A stretch of DNA of 64,000 bases from contig NC_068990.1 of assembly GCF_001194135.2 (NCBI RefSeq), positions 32,991,601 to 33,055,600 of the forward strand. Direction: 5' to 3'. The stretch is from Octopus bimaculoides (taxonomy: Eukaryota). Both the position numbers and the translations under genes were made by a program. Positions 13,571 to 25,595 of this stretch are shown in pieces (the first letter of the stretch is position 1; each line of letters begins with the position of its first letter). The notes beneath the pieces were generated by a model. That model was not told where the DNA came from, searched no databases, and saw nothing but the letters and a program-made list of their open reading frames with translations.

Positions 13571-14046
13571 TTTTTTTTTATGCACCCTTTTCAAGCCTAG
13601 CCAGGCTCATGGGCCCAGTTTCTCGNNNNNNNNNNNNNNNNNNNNNNNNNNNNNNNNNNNNNNNNNNNNNNNNNNNNNNNNNNNNNNNNNNNNNNNNNNN
13701 NNNNNNNNNNNNNNNNNNNNNNNNNNNNNNNNNNNNNNNNNNNNNNNNNNNNNNNNNNNNNNNNNNNNNNNNNNNNNNNNNNNNNNNNNNNNNNNNNNNN
13801 NNNNNNNNNNNNNNNCAGCTGGACAGGATGCCAATTCATTGCAGCTTTACTCAAGAAACAGGAAGAAAGAGTGAGAGAAAGTTGGGGCGAAAGAGTACAA
13901 CAGGGGTTGCCACCACCCCCTGCCGGAGCCTCATGGAATTTTAGGTGTTTTCGCTCAATAAATACACACAACGCCAGGTCTGGGAATCGAAACCACGATC
14001 CTCCGACCGCAAGTCCGCTGCCTAACCACTGGGCCATTGTGCCTCC
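13571..14046 (-). mobile_element. tRNA-derived SINE family D spanning an assembly gap
   Basis: Minus-strand head ggaggcacaatggcccagtggttaggcagcggacttgcggtcggaggatcgtggtttcgattccc (A/B boxes). Tail gaaactgggcccatgagcctggctaggcttgaaaagggtgc followed by poly(A). Confidence 0.8.
13626..13815. other. Assembly gap (N)
   Basis: Run of N. Confidence 1.
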
Positions 14047-15481
14047 ACAGGTAATGGACATATGTATAGTTAATCATAAATGAAACAGACTCCAGCTAAG
14101 AAGATGTGAAGAAAGAATTGTAATTCCGAAATATCATCGGACTATAGATAACTAAATTACAACAGGTATATAGTCCATTTTTTGTTCTATAATGCATTGT
14201 TGTACCATTCTAAACTTTTTAATCTTTACAAACAATACACAATGCTTCAAGTGAACTACAATACTCTCCTATAAAAATATAAGTTTATTGAGTGAGGTAC
14301 CTTTTGAAAGTTCACCTGATGAGACACATCTGAACTAAATGATGCACCACAACCAATTGTCCAGAATCTAGAGACCACTACAAGATGGGTCAAAATGATT
14401 GTTGTGATTAATTAAGAATCTCATTAATTCCATTTTCTCTCTGTCATTTGTTTTATACACACACACACACACACACACACATACACACACACATACACAC
14501 ACACATACACACACACACACACACACATACATATACTGGCACAGGCATGGCTGTGTGGTTAAGAATTTTGCTTCACAACCATGATTTTGAAGTTCCATCT
14601 CACAGTATGATGCTCCATTCACATCTCATAGTTAAATCAATGATGCATTTTCCCTTGAATCCACAACTAAATGATTCCATGCTCAGCCACTCTCTCTCAT
14701 CTTATCTGTACCTCACCTTATATACAGATAATCATTACTCATCCAGCAGATCTCCTCTCTACTTTAATCCTCTCCATCAGTCATAGATATTCCATGCTCA
14801 AGACCTTTCCACTATAGTGTGAGATTTTACACTTGTTAAACTTGCTTCAAACAAACATTATATGATAAGAGAAAGTTTTTGTTGGCCTCAGTTTTAACAA
14901 TGCACTTAATCTCTACTATTTTGTTGCATTCATACACCTCCCCGGTACTATCAATTAGGTTAAAATCTAGAACCTAATGCAACTAATGATGGTCTGTGGC
15001 AGTAATCATTAATAAAAGAGTTTCAAGAACGTTTCCATTTAATTATTGTGAGGAGTTGAAGAATGTAACGTTTAGATCTAATTAGATTTAGAGAGATAGC
15101 AGAAATTATCATCTCCATCTATGGAATTATTTCAACAGCTAAGTGACTTTATTTCCTATGTTTCTTTTAATAACTACTCCTGTATGTCTATCACATCTGA
15201 AGTCCCAGTTCTCTGACAGTCCATCAGAAATGACACTGTGCCTTCTTATTAATCTTGTGTACAGAGATATATTGTTTCTTCTGCTTCTTCTTGCTGCCAT
15301 TCAGAATCACATTTCATGCTCAAGCATTATACAAATTGCTGGTGATTCAAAGAGACAATTCCTTGGTTGCCTTCCCGAACTTTTACTCTCTTGTTCTTTT
15401 GCTTAGTCTCCTATGCTTACAGTTATTCCACTGGCAACTTCTGGTGAGCCTTCTGAGCATTTGTGGGAATTTATTTTGCGT

Positions 15482-15895
15482 AGGAGTGGCTGTGTGGTAA
15501 GTAGCTTGCTTACCAACCACATGGTTCTGAGTTCAGTCCCACTGCGTGGCACCTTGGGCAAGTGTCTTCTACTATAGCCTCGGGCAGACCAAAGCCTTGT
15601 GAGTGGATTTCATAGACGGAAACTGAAAGAAGCCCGTCATATATATGTATAAATATATATATGTATGTGTGTGTATATGTTTGTGTGTCTGTGTTTGTCC
15701 TCCCAACATTGCTTGACAACCAATGCTGGTGTGTTTACGTCTCCATAACTTAGCGTTTCGGCAAAAGACACCGATAGAATAAGTACTAGGCGTCCAAAGA
15801 ATAAGTCCTGGGGTCGATTTGCTTGACTAAAGGCGGTGCTCCAGCATGGCCACAGTCAAATGACTGAAACAAGTAAAAGAGTAAAAGAGAGTAAA
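15482..15895 (+). mobile_element. Full-length tRNA-derived SINE family B
   Basis: Head gtggctgtgtggtaagtagcttgcttaccaaccacatggttctgagttcagtccc, CORE-like accttgggcaagtgtcttc, internal (TA/TG)n, and tail gactgaaacaagtaaaaga with repeated end. Confidence 0.9.
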
Positions 15896-16968
15896 AGAGA
15901 GAAATGCTAGCAATTTATGTGCAGAGTTCCCTCTTTGTAATCCTGATGCAGTTTCTTGTGCATCCATAGTTTACACTGATTACATTTTATGGAATTTCTA
16001 CCAACTGCTTTCTTGCATATCATACCAGGTACTTTCTCTAATGGGAGAATCATGTATGCATACACATCCACAGTTGCTTAACCTGTTAGCATTCAGATTA
16101 TTGTCAAATGCAATGCTTATTTATTCACAATATTTTGAATTAATCATACATTATCTTGTAATTTCAAGTTTTCGATGATGTGCCTCCATATTGTAGAATG
16201 ACATTCTTGTGTAGGTGTAAGAGGCTAGATCTGACTAGTTTAAATTTAAAACAAGGTAGAATATTTGGGCAGGATATGGCTAGTTTCAATGCAAAAGAGC
16301 TAATTAGACATATATATGAAATAAACAGGTAGATAAATCAATATACAGATATATGTGTATACACAACTTCAGTCATATATATGGTAATATGAAAAGAAAT
16401 ATGTGTGTGAGTGTGAATGTGTGTAGCCATATTTCTTAAGTGACAATTTCATTAAAAGTCTGAAGAAAAGATTTAAACTAATTTTATTCAATATAGTTTC
16501 TTTTCCTTTTCACTAAACGTAACAAAACATAAATAAAAGTAATTAAAAAAAGGCAAAAAGTGATCAATTAAACTTTTATCGAATAGAAATTAATTTACTT
16601 CTTTTGAATAGCTTGAATTTGAGAATCATAACTCTGATGGCAAATATGGAATCCTTTGATTACAATGGAACTTTTGCTTTAAACAAATTACCTGAATAAA
16701 TCAAATCTACATTTGGCCTGAATACCAAAATATGTGTTCTATGATTTACCATAATGCAATTGACTGTGTTGCAATAAAATCTTGCAATATCACATCTTAC
16801 ACTAATGCTGTTTGTCTAATCTTATTAAATACAATTGAAGCAGTTAGATGGAATTAGGAGATTTGGCAAGAATAACACAGATAAAGACATATATGCTACA
16901 TACATATGTGTGTATCAGGGAGGGAGGAGAAAGAAAGAGAGAGAAAACTCTTTGTGAGTATATGTATG

Positions 16969-17019
<51 letters not shown>

Positions 17020-17166
17020 ATATATAAGTATTTTAGCTGATAGTTACAATGTTGCTTCTGTTGTTGATTTTTGACTGAACTGCAGGAACATTTAAATTGA
17101 TCATGCTAACGACAGTGGTAATTAATGAATGTGTGAGTGCAAGTAGTAGAGAGTATAAATTACACA

Positions 17167-17197
<31 letters not shown>

Positions 17198-17686
17198 TTA
17201 CATACACCACACACACACACAGACATATATCAGATACCTCAAGTGAAGACAAACCAACCTGAAACTGTTCGAATATTTATGTTACCTTCAATGGTGAGTG
17301 GATAGTGTGGGGGAGCTTACACTGATGATGATGATGATGATGATACTGGGAAAGTTGAATGAGGAACAATAGTTGATGAAAATATAAAAAAAGTAGTGAT
17401 ACTCCTGAACAGGATTCAGTGTTGTAGTGGACTGTGTGTGTGTGTGTGTGTGTTACTGATAACAATGATTAATCTTACAATAACAGGAGAGGTGTGAGTT
17501 ACTTGAGTTACTTGAATTATTTGATAAAACCTAAGTCATGGATGGTTTCCTGCAGGTTTATGCATTGAGGACTCTGTCAATAAAAAAAAAAATCAATTAC
17601 ACCCCACCCATTCACACATACATACACACAATATGTTTCCTTTGATAGCCAGTGGGTAGCATGGGGAAGGTTACAGTGATGGCTAG

Positions 17687-18066
17687 GTGCAGGCGTGGCT
17701 GTGTGGTAAGTAGCTTGCTTACCAGCCACATGGTTCTGGGTTCAGTCTCACTGTGTGGCATCTTGCGCAAGTGTCTTCTACTGTAGCCTTGTGAGTGAAT
17801 TTGGTAGACAGAAACTGAAAGAAGCCCATTGTATTTGTGTGTGTGGGTGTGTGTGTGTATGTTTGTGTTTGTGTTTGTCCCCTCACTATCAATTGACAAC
17901 TGATGCTGGTGTGTTTACGACCCTGTAACTTAGTGGTTCGGCTAAAGAGACCGATTGAATAAGTACTAGGCTTACAAAGAATAAGTCCTGGGGTCGATTT
18001 GTTCGACTAAAGGTGGTGGTTCAGCATGGCCACAGTCGGATGACTGAAACAAGTAAAAGAATAAAA
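17687..18066 (+). mobile_element. Full-length SINE family B
   Basis: Co-linear with the copy at 15482-15895. Confidence 0.9.
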
Positions 18067-18073
18067 AAATATA

Positions 18074-18724
18074 TACAGTGTGTGGTGAATAAACTGTTGT
18101 CTAAATTACACGCAAAAATGAAAATAATACTGACATCTCATTTTAACAGATATATTTACCAAAATTAATTAAAAACATCTTGAAATCCTAAAGAGTAAAC
18201 TTATTCAATAAAATCGTCATTGGCTTCAACCACGGCCTCCAGATGACTTTGGAATCTCCTGCGACTCTTCTAGATGGTCTCCTTGTATAAATTGGTCAAT
18301 GCTGCCATAATCCTTGCTTTCAGTTCATCTTCGGTGTCACAAGGACTTTTGTTGGTCTCTCACTCAACTGTTCCCCACTCATAATAATCAAGGGGGTTGC
18401 AGTCTGGGGAGTTAGATGGCTAGATGTTAGGGGTGATGTGGTTGCAGAAATTGTCTGACAGCCATGACTGGGTTCTCCTGCTTGTGTGGCATGGTGCAGA
18501 GTCCTGTTGCCAGACATAGGGTCTTCCAGCAGTCACTCTCTTGACTGAGGGCAACACTACCTCCTCCAGGCAATTGATGTAGACCTCGGAGGCATAATGT
18601 CACCATCACTAGTGGTCACTCCAAACACCATGATGTTGACTGGATGTTTGATTTTTATCACTCTTCGTACATGTCCTCAGATTGACATCCAAACAATCTG
18701 AAATGTGTTTATTTACCCATTGTA
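18074..18724 (-). mobile_element. Internally deleted Tc1/mariner DD37D (maT-like) transposon with transposase pseudogene
   Basis: Minus strand reads KHPVNIMVFGVTTSDGDIMP [deletion] EVYINCLEEVVLP...GRPYVWQQDSAPCHTSRRTQSWLSDNFCNHITPNI*PSNSPDCNPLDYYEWG...FQSHLEAVVEANDDFIE*. There are 37 residues between the second and third Asp. TA|CAGTGTGTGGTGAATAAA end at 18074, with a degenerate inverted match at ~18707-18724. Confidence 0.9.
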
Positions 18725-18807
18725 CCCTACATATATATATGTAAATGTCGAACAATGAGTATGAGTTCGCAACGCTACTTTGGTGGATAAAGATTCTACA
18801 TGTGTAT

Positions 18808-18908
18808 ATTAAGGCTACTATTGGTTTCACGTTAAGAAAATATCTTTATTTGTGTATTGTTAAGATATTTAGATATTTTCTTAACACGAAAACAATGGTA
18901 GCCTTAAT
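18808..18908. repeat. Foldback: 38-bp inverted arms (34/38 matches) with a 25-bp spacer
   Basis: 18808-18845 attaaggctactattggtttcacgttaagaaaatatct versus the reverse complement of 18871-18908. Confidence 0.85.
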
Positions 18909-18920
18909 ACACAAATAAAG

Positions 18921-18956
<36 letters not shown>

Positions 18957-19019
18957 TGTATGTATGCATATCTGTCTGTCTGTCTGTCTAAATCTATCTA
19001 TCTATCTGTCCATCTATAT

Positions 19020-19340
19020 ATATAGTCTAGGACAACAGATATGCTTATAGAAGAAAGTTCCTAGGAACAATGAAAATTGAAAAGGTTTTAGGGAGGTGGC
19101 TGCAGATTTGCCAGGAGGCCAAAAATTCTTCCTCATTCCAATTATGAAAAAACCAGATATTGTCATCTGATGTGAGGAAAAGAAAATGGTAAATCTGGTC
19201 AAGCTGATGGTTCACTACGAAGATATACATGGATGCCACTTGAACTTGAAAGACCAACCAGCATGAACATCTCTTTGAGGATGCTGGGTGGAAAGAGGAA
19301 CATTATCTAATTGAAGTTGCATATAGAGTGTTCCTTGGAA
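19020..19340 (+). mobile_element. RLE-type (restriction-like endonuclease, HERO/NeSL-like) LINE fragment
   Basis: Reads REVAADLPGGQKFFLIPIMKKPDIVI*CEEKKMVNLVKLMVHYEDI, matching the PDIV..S....V.LVELTVP.E (PD..D/ExK) motif. Stops and frameshifts are present. Confidence 0.7.
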
Positions 19341-19559
19341 GTTATATGCTGATGGCTATTGGTGCTAAGCCTAATTCAAAACAAAAAAAATGAGCAATCA
19401 CTAGAAGAATATTGAGGGTGGGAGAAAGAATGAAAAGGAGATAGTGGTGGAGAGAAAATGAGAGGAAAAATTAAAATATGAGTTAAGTTATACTGAATGT
19501 CTTAGTATAGGCAAATGGTACTGTTCACAAACACCGGGGGAAAAGACACCATATAATCA

Positions 19560-19598
<39 letters not shown>

Positions 19599-20269
19599 AC
19601 ACACACACACACACACATGCGCACACACACAAACACATATATACATATACTTCCGCTCACATATGTTCATATATACACCTTTCTATGTATCACATGAAAT
19701 GTATATATATATATATATATATACTTTAGAAAAACATACTGCTTTGGTTTTTGTCTGAGAAAAACTCTCTTTGTAGATGTATTGTGTTAACGCAATATAA
19801 CATACATATAACATACACACATATAATGTATGTTATATGTGTGTATGTCTGTATGTGTCTGATCTACTGAGAACAGTGATAGTTTGTAGTGGTGATGCTG
19901 TTGGTAGGATGTAGGTTAATGGAAATAGTGGTGATGCTGGTGGTGATGGTTGTACACAGCGCCAGTCAAGATATAATAGCAAAGTATGTATTCTGAGGAC
20001 TAAAACTTTGAAAAATACTGAATAATTTAACACGTGTGCTTTAGTTGAAGTAATTGCTATGTGTTAAACATTATCATCATAAATGTCAACTCTCAAAAAT
20101 TTGCTGATAAGTTTTTACTAAGAAAGGAAATCAAAGACAAAATATTATAGATGTAGATTACAGATTATAGATTCAGTATTATAGATATAATATTTACATA
20201 GATGTAATATACTATTTGTTTAAACATTTGAGTGGGAATGGTTGAGATTCAACTGAAGATAGAAACTAT

Positions 20270-20955
20270 CTAGACACCATTAAATACACATGTACAATGA
20301 AATAAAGAGATGATGAGTAACTTGCTAGAAGAATACTGAGCGAAGCCTAATAGCTGGCTGATCCATTAGGCTGAAACTTTGAGAAATGGGAAAGTGGTTT
20401 ACATTGACCCCAGTACTTAACTGGTACTTATTTCATTGATCCTGAAAGGATGTGTGCTGATTCAGAAGTCTATACCTTTGCTGACTCAATGTAGGAAGAT
20501 GATTACAAACATGTCATACCAACAGAATTTCTCAGTAACATAACACCATCTAGCGTATCCAACCATGAATCTGTGCTCAAACTTTGCCCTGTTATGCTTT
20601 TATGCAACTTACAAATAAGTTCAATACAGTGACACTGAACTGAAACAAGAACAATTGTCGTCCGATTGATAAAAGGATTGTTGAATGTGAAATTTTACCT
20701 GGAACAATGAAAGTCTCTTAGTCTTCTTGCCATGTTTCCCTGACCATGACAGAAACAAATTCCCTTTCACCATCATCAGGCAACAATTCCCTAGTAAAAT
20801 TATTTTGAAGTGACAATAAATAAAGGCCAGTGAGAATATGTCAGAGGTGGTATCTAACTACTAAAGTCGATGCCAACTGACACTCCAGTATCGAAGTCTT
20901 CACTGACAATTCCAATGGACTCAGAAAACATAGTTTACAAAGAACTGCTGTATGC
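20270..20955 (+). mobile_element. Helitron RepHel PIF1-like helicase C-terminal fossil, interrupted by a SINE A fragment at ~20400-20451
   Basis: Reads IPTEFLSNITPSSVSNHESVLKLCPVMLLCNL...TETRTIVVRL...NKFPFTIIRQQFP...VTINKGQ...ENIVYKELL across frameshifts. This matches the Helitron pattern P.EFLNS..P...P.H.L.LK...P.MLLRNL / FPF...R.QFP.....A.TINKSQG / N.VY.EVL. Confidence 0.85.
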
Positions 20956-21348
20956 ATGTATAGCTGACTGTAATATATTTGTCCAGTTTTTATATAATTC
21001 AAATTAGCTTCTCAAAAATCTGCTAATAACTTTTTCTTGATATTTCACATTATCACATCTCATTTAGCACAACATTAAATTGTGATACAATTTCAAAGTT
21101 TTTTCTAAGCTAATATCACCATGATCACTGAAAAAAATTAATCAACATTTTACAATAACATAGTAAGAAGTTTCAACCTTTTATCATAATTATATCTAAG
21201 CTATGCAAACATGTTGGAACAGTAACAAACAATTACTAATGGATTAACAAAACTTATTCTTAGAAAAAAAAACTGCAAGATCTGAAGAGTAAATAATACA
21301 CAATAAGTTCAATTTTCAGCTACTCAAATATTACTTTACTTGTACTTT

Positions 21349-21805
21349 CATCATCATCATCATCATCATCATCGTTTAACGTCTGCTTTCCATGCTAGCA
21401 TGGGTTGGACGATTTGACTGAGGACTGGTGAACCAGAGGGCTGCACCAGGCTCCAATCCGATCTGGCAGAGTTTCTACAGCTGGATGCTCTTCCTAACGC
21501 CAACCAATCTGAGAGTGTAGTGGGTGCTTTTACATGCCACCGGCACGATGGCCAGTCAGGCGGTACTGGCAACGGCCACACTCAAAATGGTGTATTTTAT
21601 GTGCCACCCGCACAAGAGCCAGCCCAGGGACACTGGCAACGATCTCGCTCGAAAGTCCTTACACATGCCACGGGCACAAGTGCCAGAAAGGTGACACTGG
21701 GCACAGGTGCCATCACGGTTTCGCTTTCGCTTACCCCAAAAGGTCTTCGCAAGCAGAGTTTCGTGTCCAATGAAGGAGACGACATTGGCATGAGTGCCAG
21801 TTGTC
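21349..21805 (-). mobile_element. RTE-derived 3'-end element (non-autonomous or truncated) with (GAT)n tail
   Basis: Plus strand begins (CAT)n cgtttaacgtctgctttccatgctagcatgggttggacg. Co-linear with the copies at 35.2, 42.6 and 51.1 kb. Confidence 0.85.
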
Positions 21806-22642
21806 ATTCTTATACACACACTGTATGTTCTATGCAAATTATTCTTGGTCTTAAACAATATGTCTGGAGCAATGGCTCAGCAAACTTCATGTTAGAATAA
21901 TTAATGTTTTCTGTAAAGTTAGGTTTGTGGCTAGAAGAAAAACAGATGAATATGAAATTTTGGATGAACGCTCTTTGTATGTGTGTATGTGAGTATGTAA
22001 GAAAGTGAAGGAGAGGGAGAAAGAGGGAAAGAGAGACAGAGAAAATGGATGAAGTGTTTAGAAGTTTTGTCACTTATCATAAATATTTGATATTTTATGT
22101 TACTCACATCAATGAACTCCATACTTCTTATTTACCAATTTTATTAGCAATGATTAATTTAAAAGTTTCTGCAAGTCAAAATTATTTGCAGCATCATGAT
22201 TGTAGAGACCTTGTTTCGCAAACATGTGATTTCAAGCTCAGTCCATCTACTTTGGAAAGTGTCTTCTGCGAGAGCCTCTGGTTGACCAAAGCTTTATAAG
22301 TGGATTTGGTTGATGAAAATTGAAAGAAACCTCTTGTATTTATTTGTCTGTTTGTCTCTCTATTTATGTATCTTTCTCTCACCCCCTTACTCTGTGCATG
22401 TATGTGTGTATTTGTATCGCCTTGTCTTTCATTACATGGTAATTGCAGACAAGCATCACTGTTGTACAAGTGAGGATGTTTGTTCGTAATCTTTGGAAAC
22501 AGGCCAAGCCATTGCGCTGCTTACATTAAAAAGATTAGAGGAAATGTTACTTTGCATGGAAACTGGTGAAGGTTGGCAACAGAAAGGGTGTCCAGCCTTA
22601 GAAGAGCTGCCTCAAAGAATTTTGCTTGATCCATGCAAACAG

Positions 22643-22900
22643 GGGGTAGTGGCTGGCTGGTTGATGACTTTAATGCCGAATACAAAGATTTTGGCTAGCA
22701 CGAATCCCGACTGGCAGTAGAAATGTTTCAACTTCTGTCTACACAATCAAGTTTTGAATTCGAATGCCATGCACAACGTTTATGTGAAAAGACCAGTAAA
22801 TTCGAGCCAGGGCAAATTCGTCGGGTATGAGTTGGGAAAAATAACCTGTTTGGCCATTGATATATTCATAAATAATCTTAATTATTTGTAATATATCCTC
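22643..22900 (+). mobile_element. Possible old tRNA-derived SINE of a further family
   Basis: CpG-rich island with A-box-like gtggctggctggtt and B-box-like ggctagcacgaatccc. It is a single copy in the window, so support is weak. Confidence 0.3.
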
Positions 22901-22967
22901 CGTGATGTTTTTACATTACTTTCTGAATATATATGTATATATATTTGTATATATGTGTGTGTGTTAT

Positions 22968-23196
22968 TTCTTTACTACCCACAAGGGGCTACACACAGAG
23001 GGGACAAACAAGGACAGACAAATGGATTAAGTCAATTATATCGACCCCAGTGCGTAACTGGTACTTAATTTATCGACCCCCGAAAGGATGAAAGGCAAAG
23101 TCGATCTCAGCGGAATTTGAACTCAGAACGTAGCGGCAGATGAAATGCCGCTACGTATTTCGCCCGGTGTGCTAACATTTCTGCCAGCTCACCGCC
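22968..23196 (-). mobile_element. SINE family A (variant tail)
   Basis: Reverse complement of ggcggtgagctggcagaaatgttagc...gagttcaaattccgc...ctttcatcctttcgggggtcgataaattaagtaccagttacgcactggggtcgat. Confidence 0.9.
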
Positions 23197-23470
23197 TTTG
23201 TGTGTGTGTGTGTGTGTATGTATAATATGAGTGTGCATATGTGTGTCTGGTTTTGCATGTATGTGTGTATATGGGTCTACATACATATCTATGTGCATAT
23301 TTATATATGTCAGTGTATGTATATGTATGTCTGTATGCACACATGTACCTAAATATATGAGTTTTTGTATACAAAACTACATATATGAGTTTTGTATATA
23401 TGTACATATATGTATGTGCATATGTATACATATATATGTATGTGTATGTGTGTTTATATATATGTATGTA

Positions 23471-23559
<89 letters not shown>

Positions 23560-23838
23560 GCATGTGTATATGTAGGTGTATGTATGTATGTATGTATGTA
23601 TGTATATGTGTGTGTATATGCACAAGTGCGAAGATACTTGTCTAAGTATTAATCTTCTTTTCACCTTCTGCTTTCTTTTTCCTTTAGGCAGTTACGACAG
23701 CAAAAGCTGATTACATCATTTATCTAAACTGGAATGAATGTTTTCTACGTTCATATTTGGATTTTTTGCATTTCTGCAATATTTAAAAATTTTATTCTGG
23801 ATGGGCATATAACAACAGACACAAAAAAATATCCAGTG

Positions 23839-23914
23839 AGACTTCTTTATTAATGAACCTGAAGAGACCCAGACCGATGGGTCGAAACTTATGTTATACC
23901 TAATAAAAAAGTCT
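23839..23914 (+). ncRNA. Type I minimal hammerhead-like motif (probable Penelope pLTR fossil)
   Basis: CTGAAGA at 23859-23865, stem II GACCCA/TGGGTC, GAAAC at 23884-23888, ttat loop, GTT triplet. Outer stem agacttctttatta/taataaaaaagtct pairs 13/14; proximal stem I is mismatched. Confidence 0.55.
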
Positions 23915-24147
23915 AATATGAAATCCCTCTCCGACAATCAATTAATACTGCAGATATATATATATATATATATATTCCATTTACATATTTGTTTTGCAAG
24001 ATTTTTGATGTGAAATCGTGTGTTGAAACAGATGTTGTTGTACTTGGGGATGGTCATATTGCCAGTTTAGCCAATAAAAACACATGCACTGTATATTTGG
24101 TGTTAATTTGCTTCAGCTTTATATTACATTAATCTTAATCTTATTTC

Positions 24148-24192
24148 GGCCAGAGTTCTTTCGTCACACTTCTGTGACCTCATCAGTGGTCC
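24148..24192 (-). ncRNA. Type I minimal hammerhead-like motif
   Basis: Minus strand reads ggacca CTGATGA G GTCACA gaag TGTGAC GAAA G aa CTC tggcc. Intact core, 6-bp stem II, 2-bp stem III, CUC triplet, and stem I gg(a)cca/tggcc. Confidence 0.6.
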
Positions 24193-24308
24193 TTTGTTTC
24201 CTTCCTTCTTATGTGTGTCTCACCTTGCTAAATATCAGCCATTTTGTATTTTGTATTCCTATTGTATGTGTCTACGCATGCGTGTCTTTCAATGTGTCTG
24301 TGTCTTTT

Positions 24309-25063
24309 NNNNNNNNNNNNNNNNNNNNNNNNNNNNNNNNNNNNNNNNNNNNNNNNNNNNNNNNNNNNNNNNNNNNNNNNNNNNNNNNNNNNNNNNNNNN
24401 NNNNNNNNNNNNNNNNNNNNNNNNNNNNNNNNNNNNNNNNNNNNNNNNNNNNNNNNNNNNNNNNNNNNNNNNNNNNNNNNNNNNNNNNNNNNNNNNNNNN
24501 NNNNNNNNNNNNNNNNNNNNNNNNNNNNNNNNNNNNNNNNNNNNNNNNNNNNNNNNNNNNNNNNNNNNNNNNNNNNNNNNNNNNNNNNNNNNNNNNNNNN
24601 NNNNNNNNNNNNNNNNNNNNNNNNNNNNNNNNNNNNNNNNNNNNNNNNNNNNNNNNNNNNNNNNNNNNNNNNNNNNNNNNNNNNNNNNNNNNNNNNNNNN
24701 NNNNNNNNNNNNNNNNNNNNNNNNNNNNNNNNNNNNNNNNNNNNNNNNNNNNNNNNNNNNNNNNNNNNNNNNNNNNNNNNNNNNNNNNNNNNNNNNNNNN
24801 NNNNNNNNNNNNNNNNNNNNNNNNNNNNNNNNNNNNNNNNNNNNNNNNNNNNNNNNNNNNNNNNNNNNNNNNNNNNNNNNNNNNNNNNNNNNNNNNNNNN
24901 NNNNNNNNNNNNNNNNNNNNNNNNNNNNNNNNNNNNNNNNNNNNNNNNNNNNNNNNNNNNNNNNNNNNNNNNNNNNNNNNNNNNNNNNNNNNNNNNNNNN
25001 NNNNNNNNNNNNNNNNNNNNNNNNNNNNNNNNNNNNNNNNNNNNNNNNNNNNNNNNNNNNNNN
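24309..25063. other. Assembly gap (N)
   Basis: Run of N, the largest gap in the window. Confidence 1.
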
Positions 25064-25107
<44 letters not shown>

Positions 25108-25374
25108 AAAATTTTCAGGATATGAAAGAATCAGGTATTGAAATAGTAAAAGCACCAAGATAGTGTTGGAGATAGTGCACCAGTGCACTGACAACATGTG
25201 CTGACCTATACATACTCACAGAATTAAGCATGGATTTGTCATTCCAGTTGTACACACATTCACAAGTACTGACAGAATACACAGCATAGAAGACCTCAAC
25301 TCATTTGTGTTATTTCTTATATATATATATATATTATTTATTATTTATGCATCCTTTTAAAGCTGCACTAGAGG

Positions 25375-25595
25375 ATGGGGGATGAGTAAAGTGGCAAGCA
25401 ATCAAGTTGGAAACACTCTCTAGGGAGAGAAAACAAGGAAGATAAGCAAAAGTTGTGAAACTGATGTCAGGAGTTTAAACTTCATGAAAGAGATGACAAA
25501 AAACCACAACAAATGGCAAGATACTGTACTGGTGATGACTTGTCCAACCCATACACGCATGGAAAAATTGATGTAGAAGGATGATGCTGATGTAT
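25375..25595 (+). mobile_element. Degenerate RTE LINE 3' end
   Basis: Ends gacttgtccaacccatacacgcatggaaaaattgatgtagaaggatgatgctgatg, preceded by a decayed ORF2 C-terminus (..KEMTKNHNKWQDTVL..). Confidence 0.55.

Noticed and set aside
13970-14046. tRNA gene
   Set aside because: The tRNA-like head continues directly into a SINE body and tail, and the acceptor stem is not intact. The same holds for the other SINE heads.
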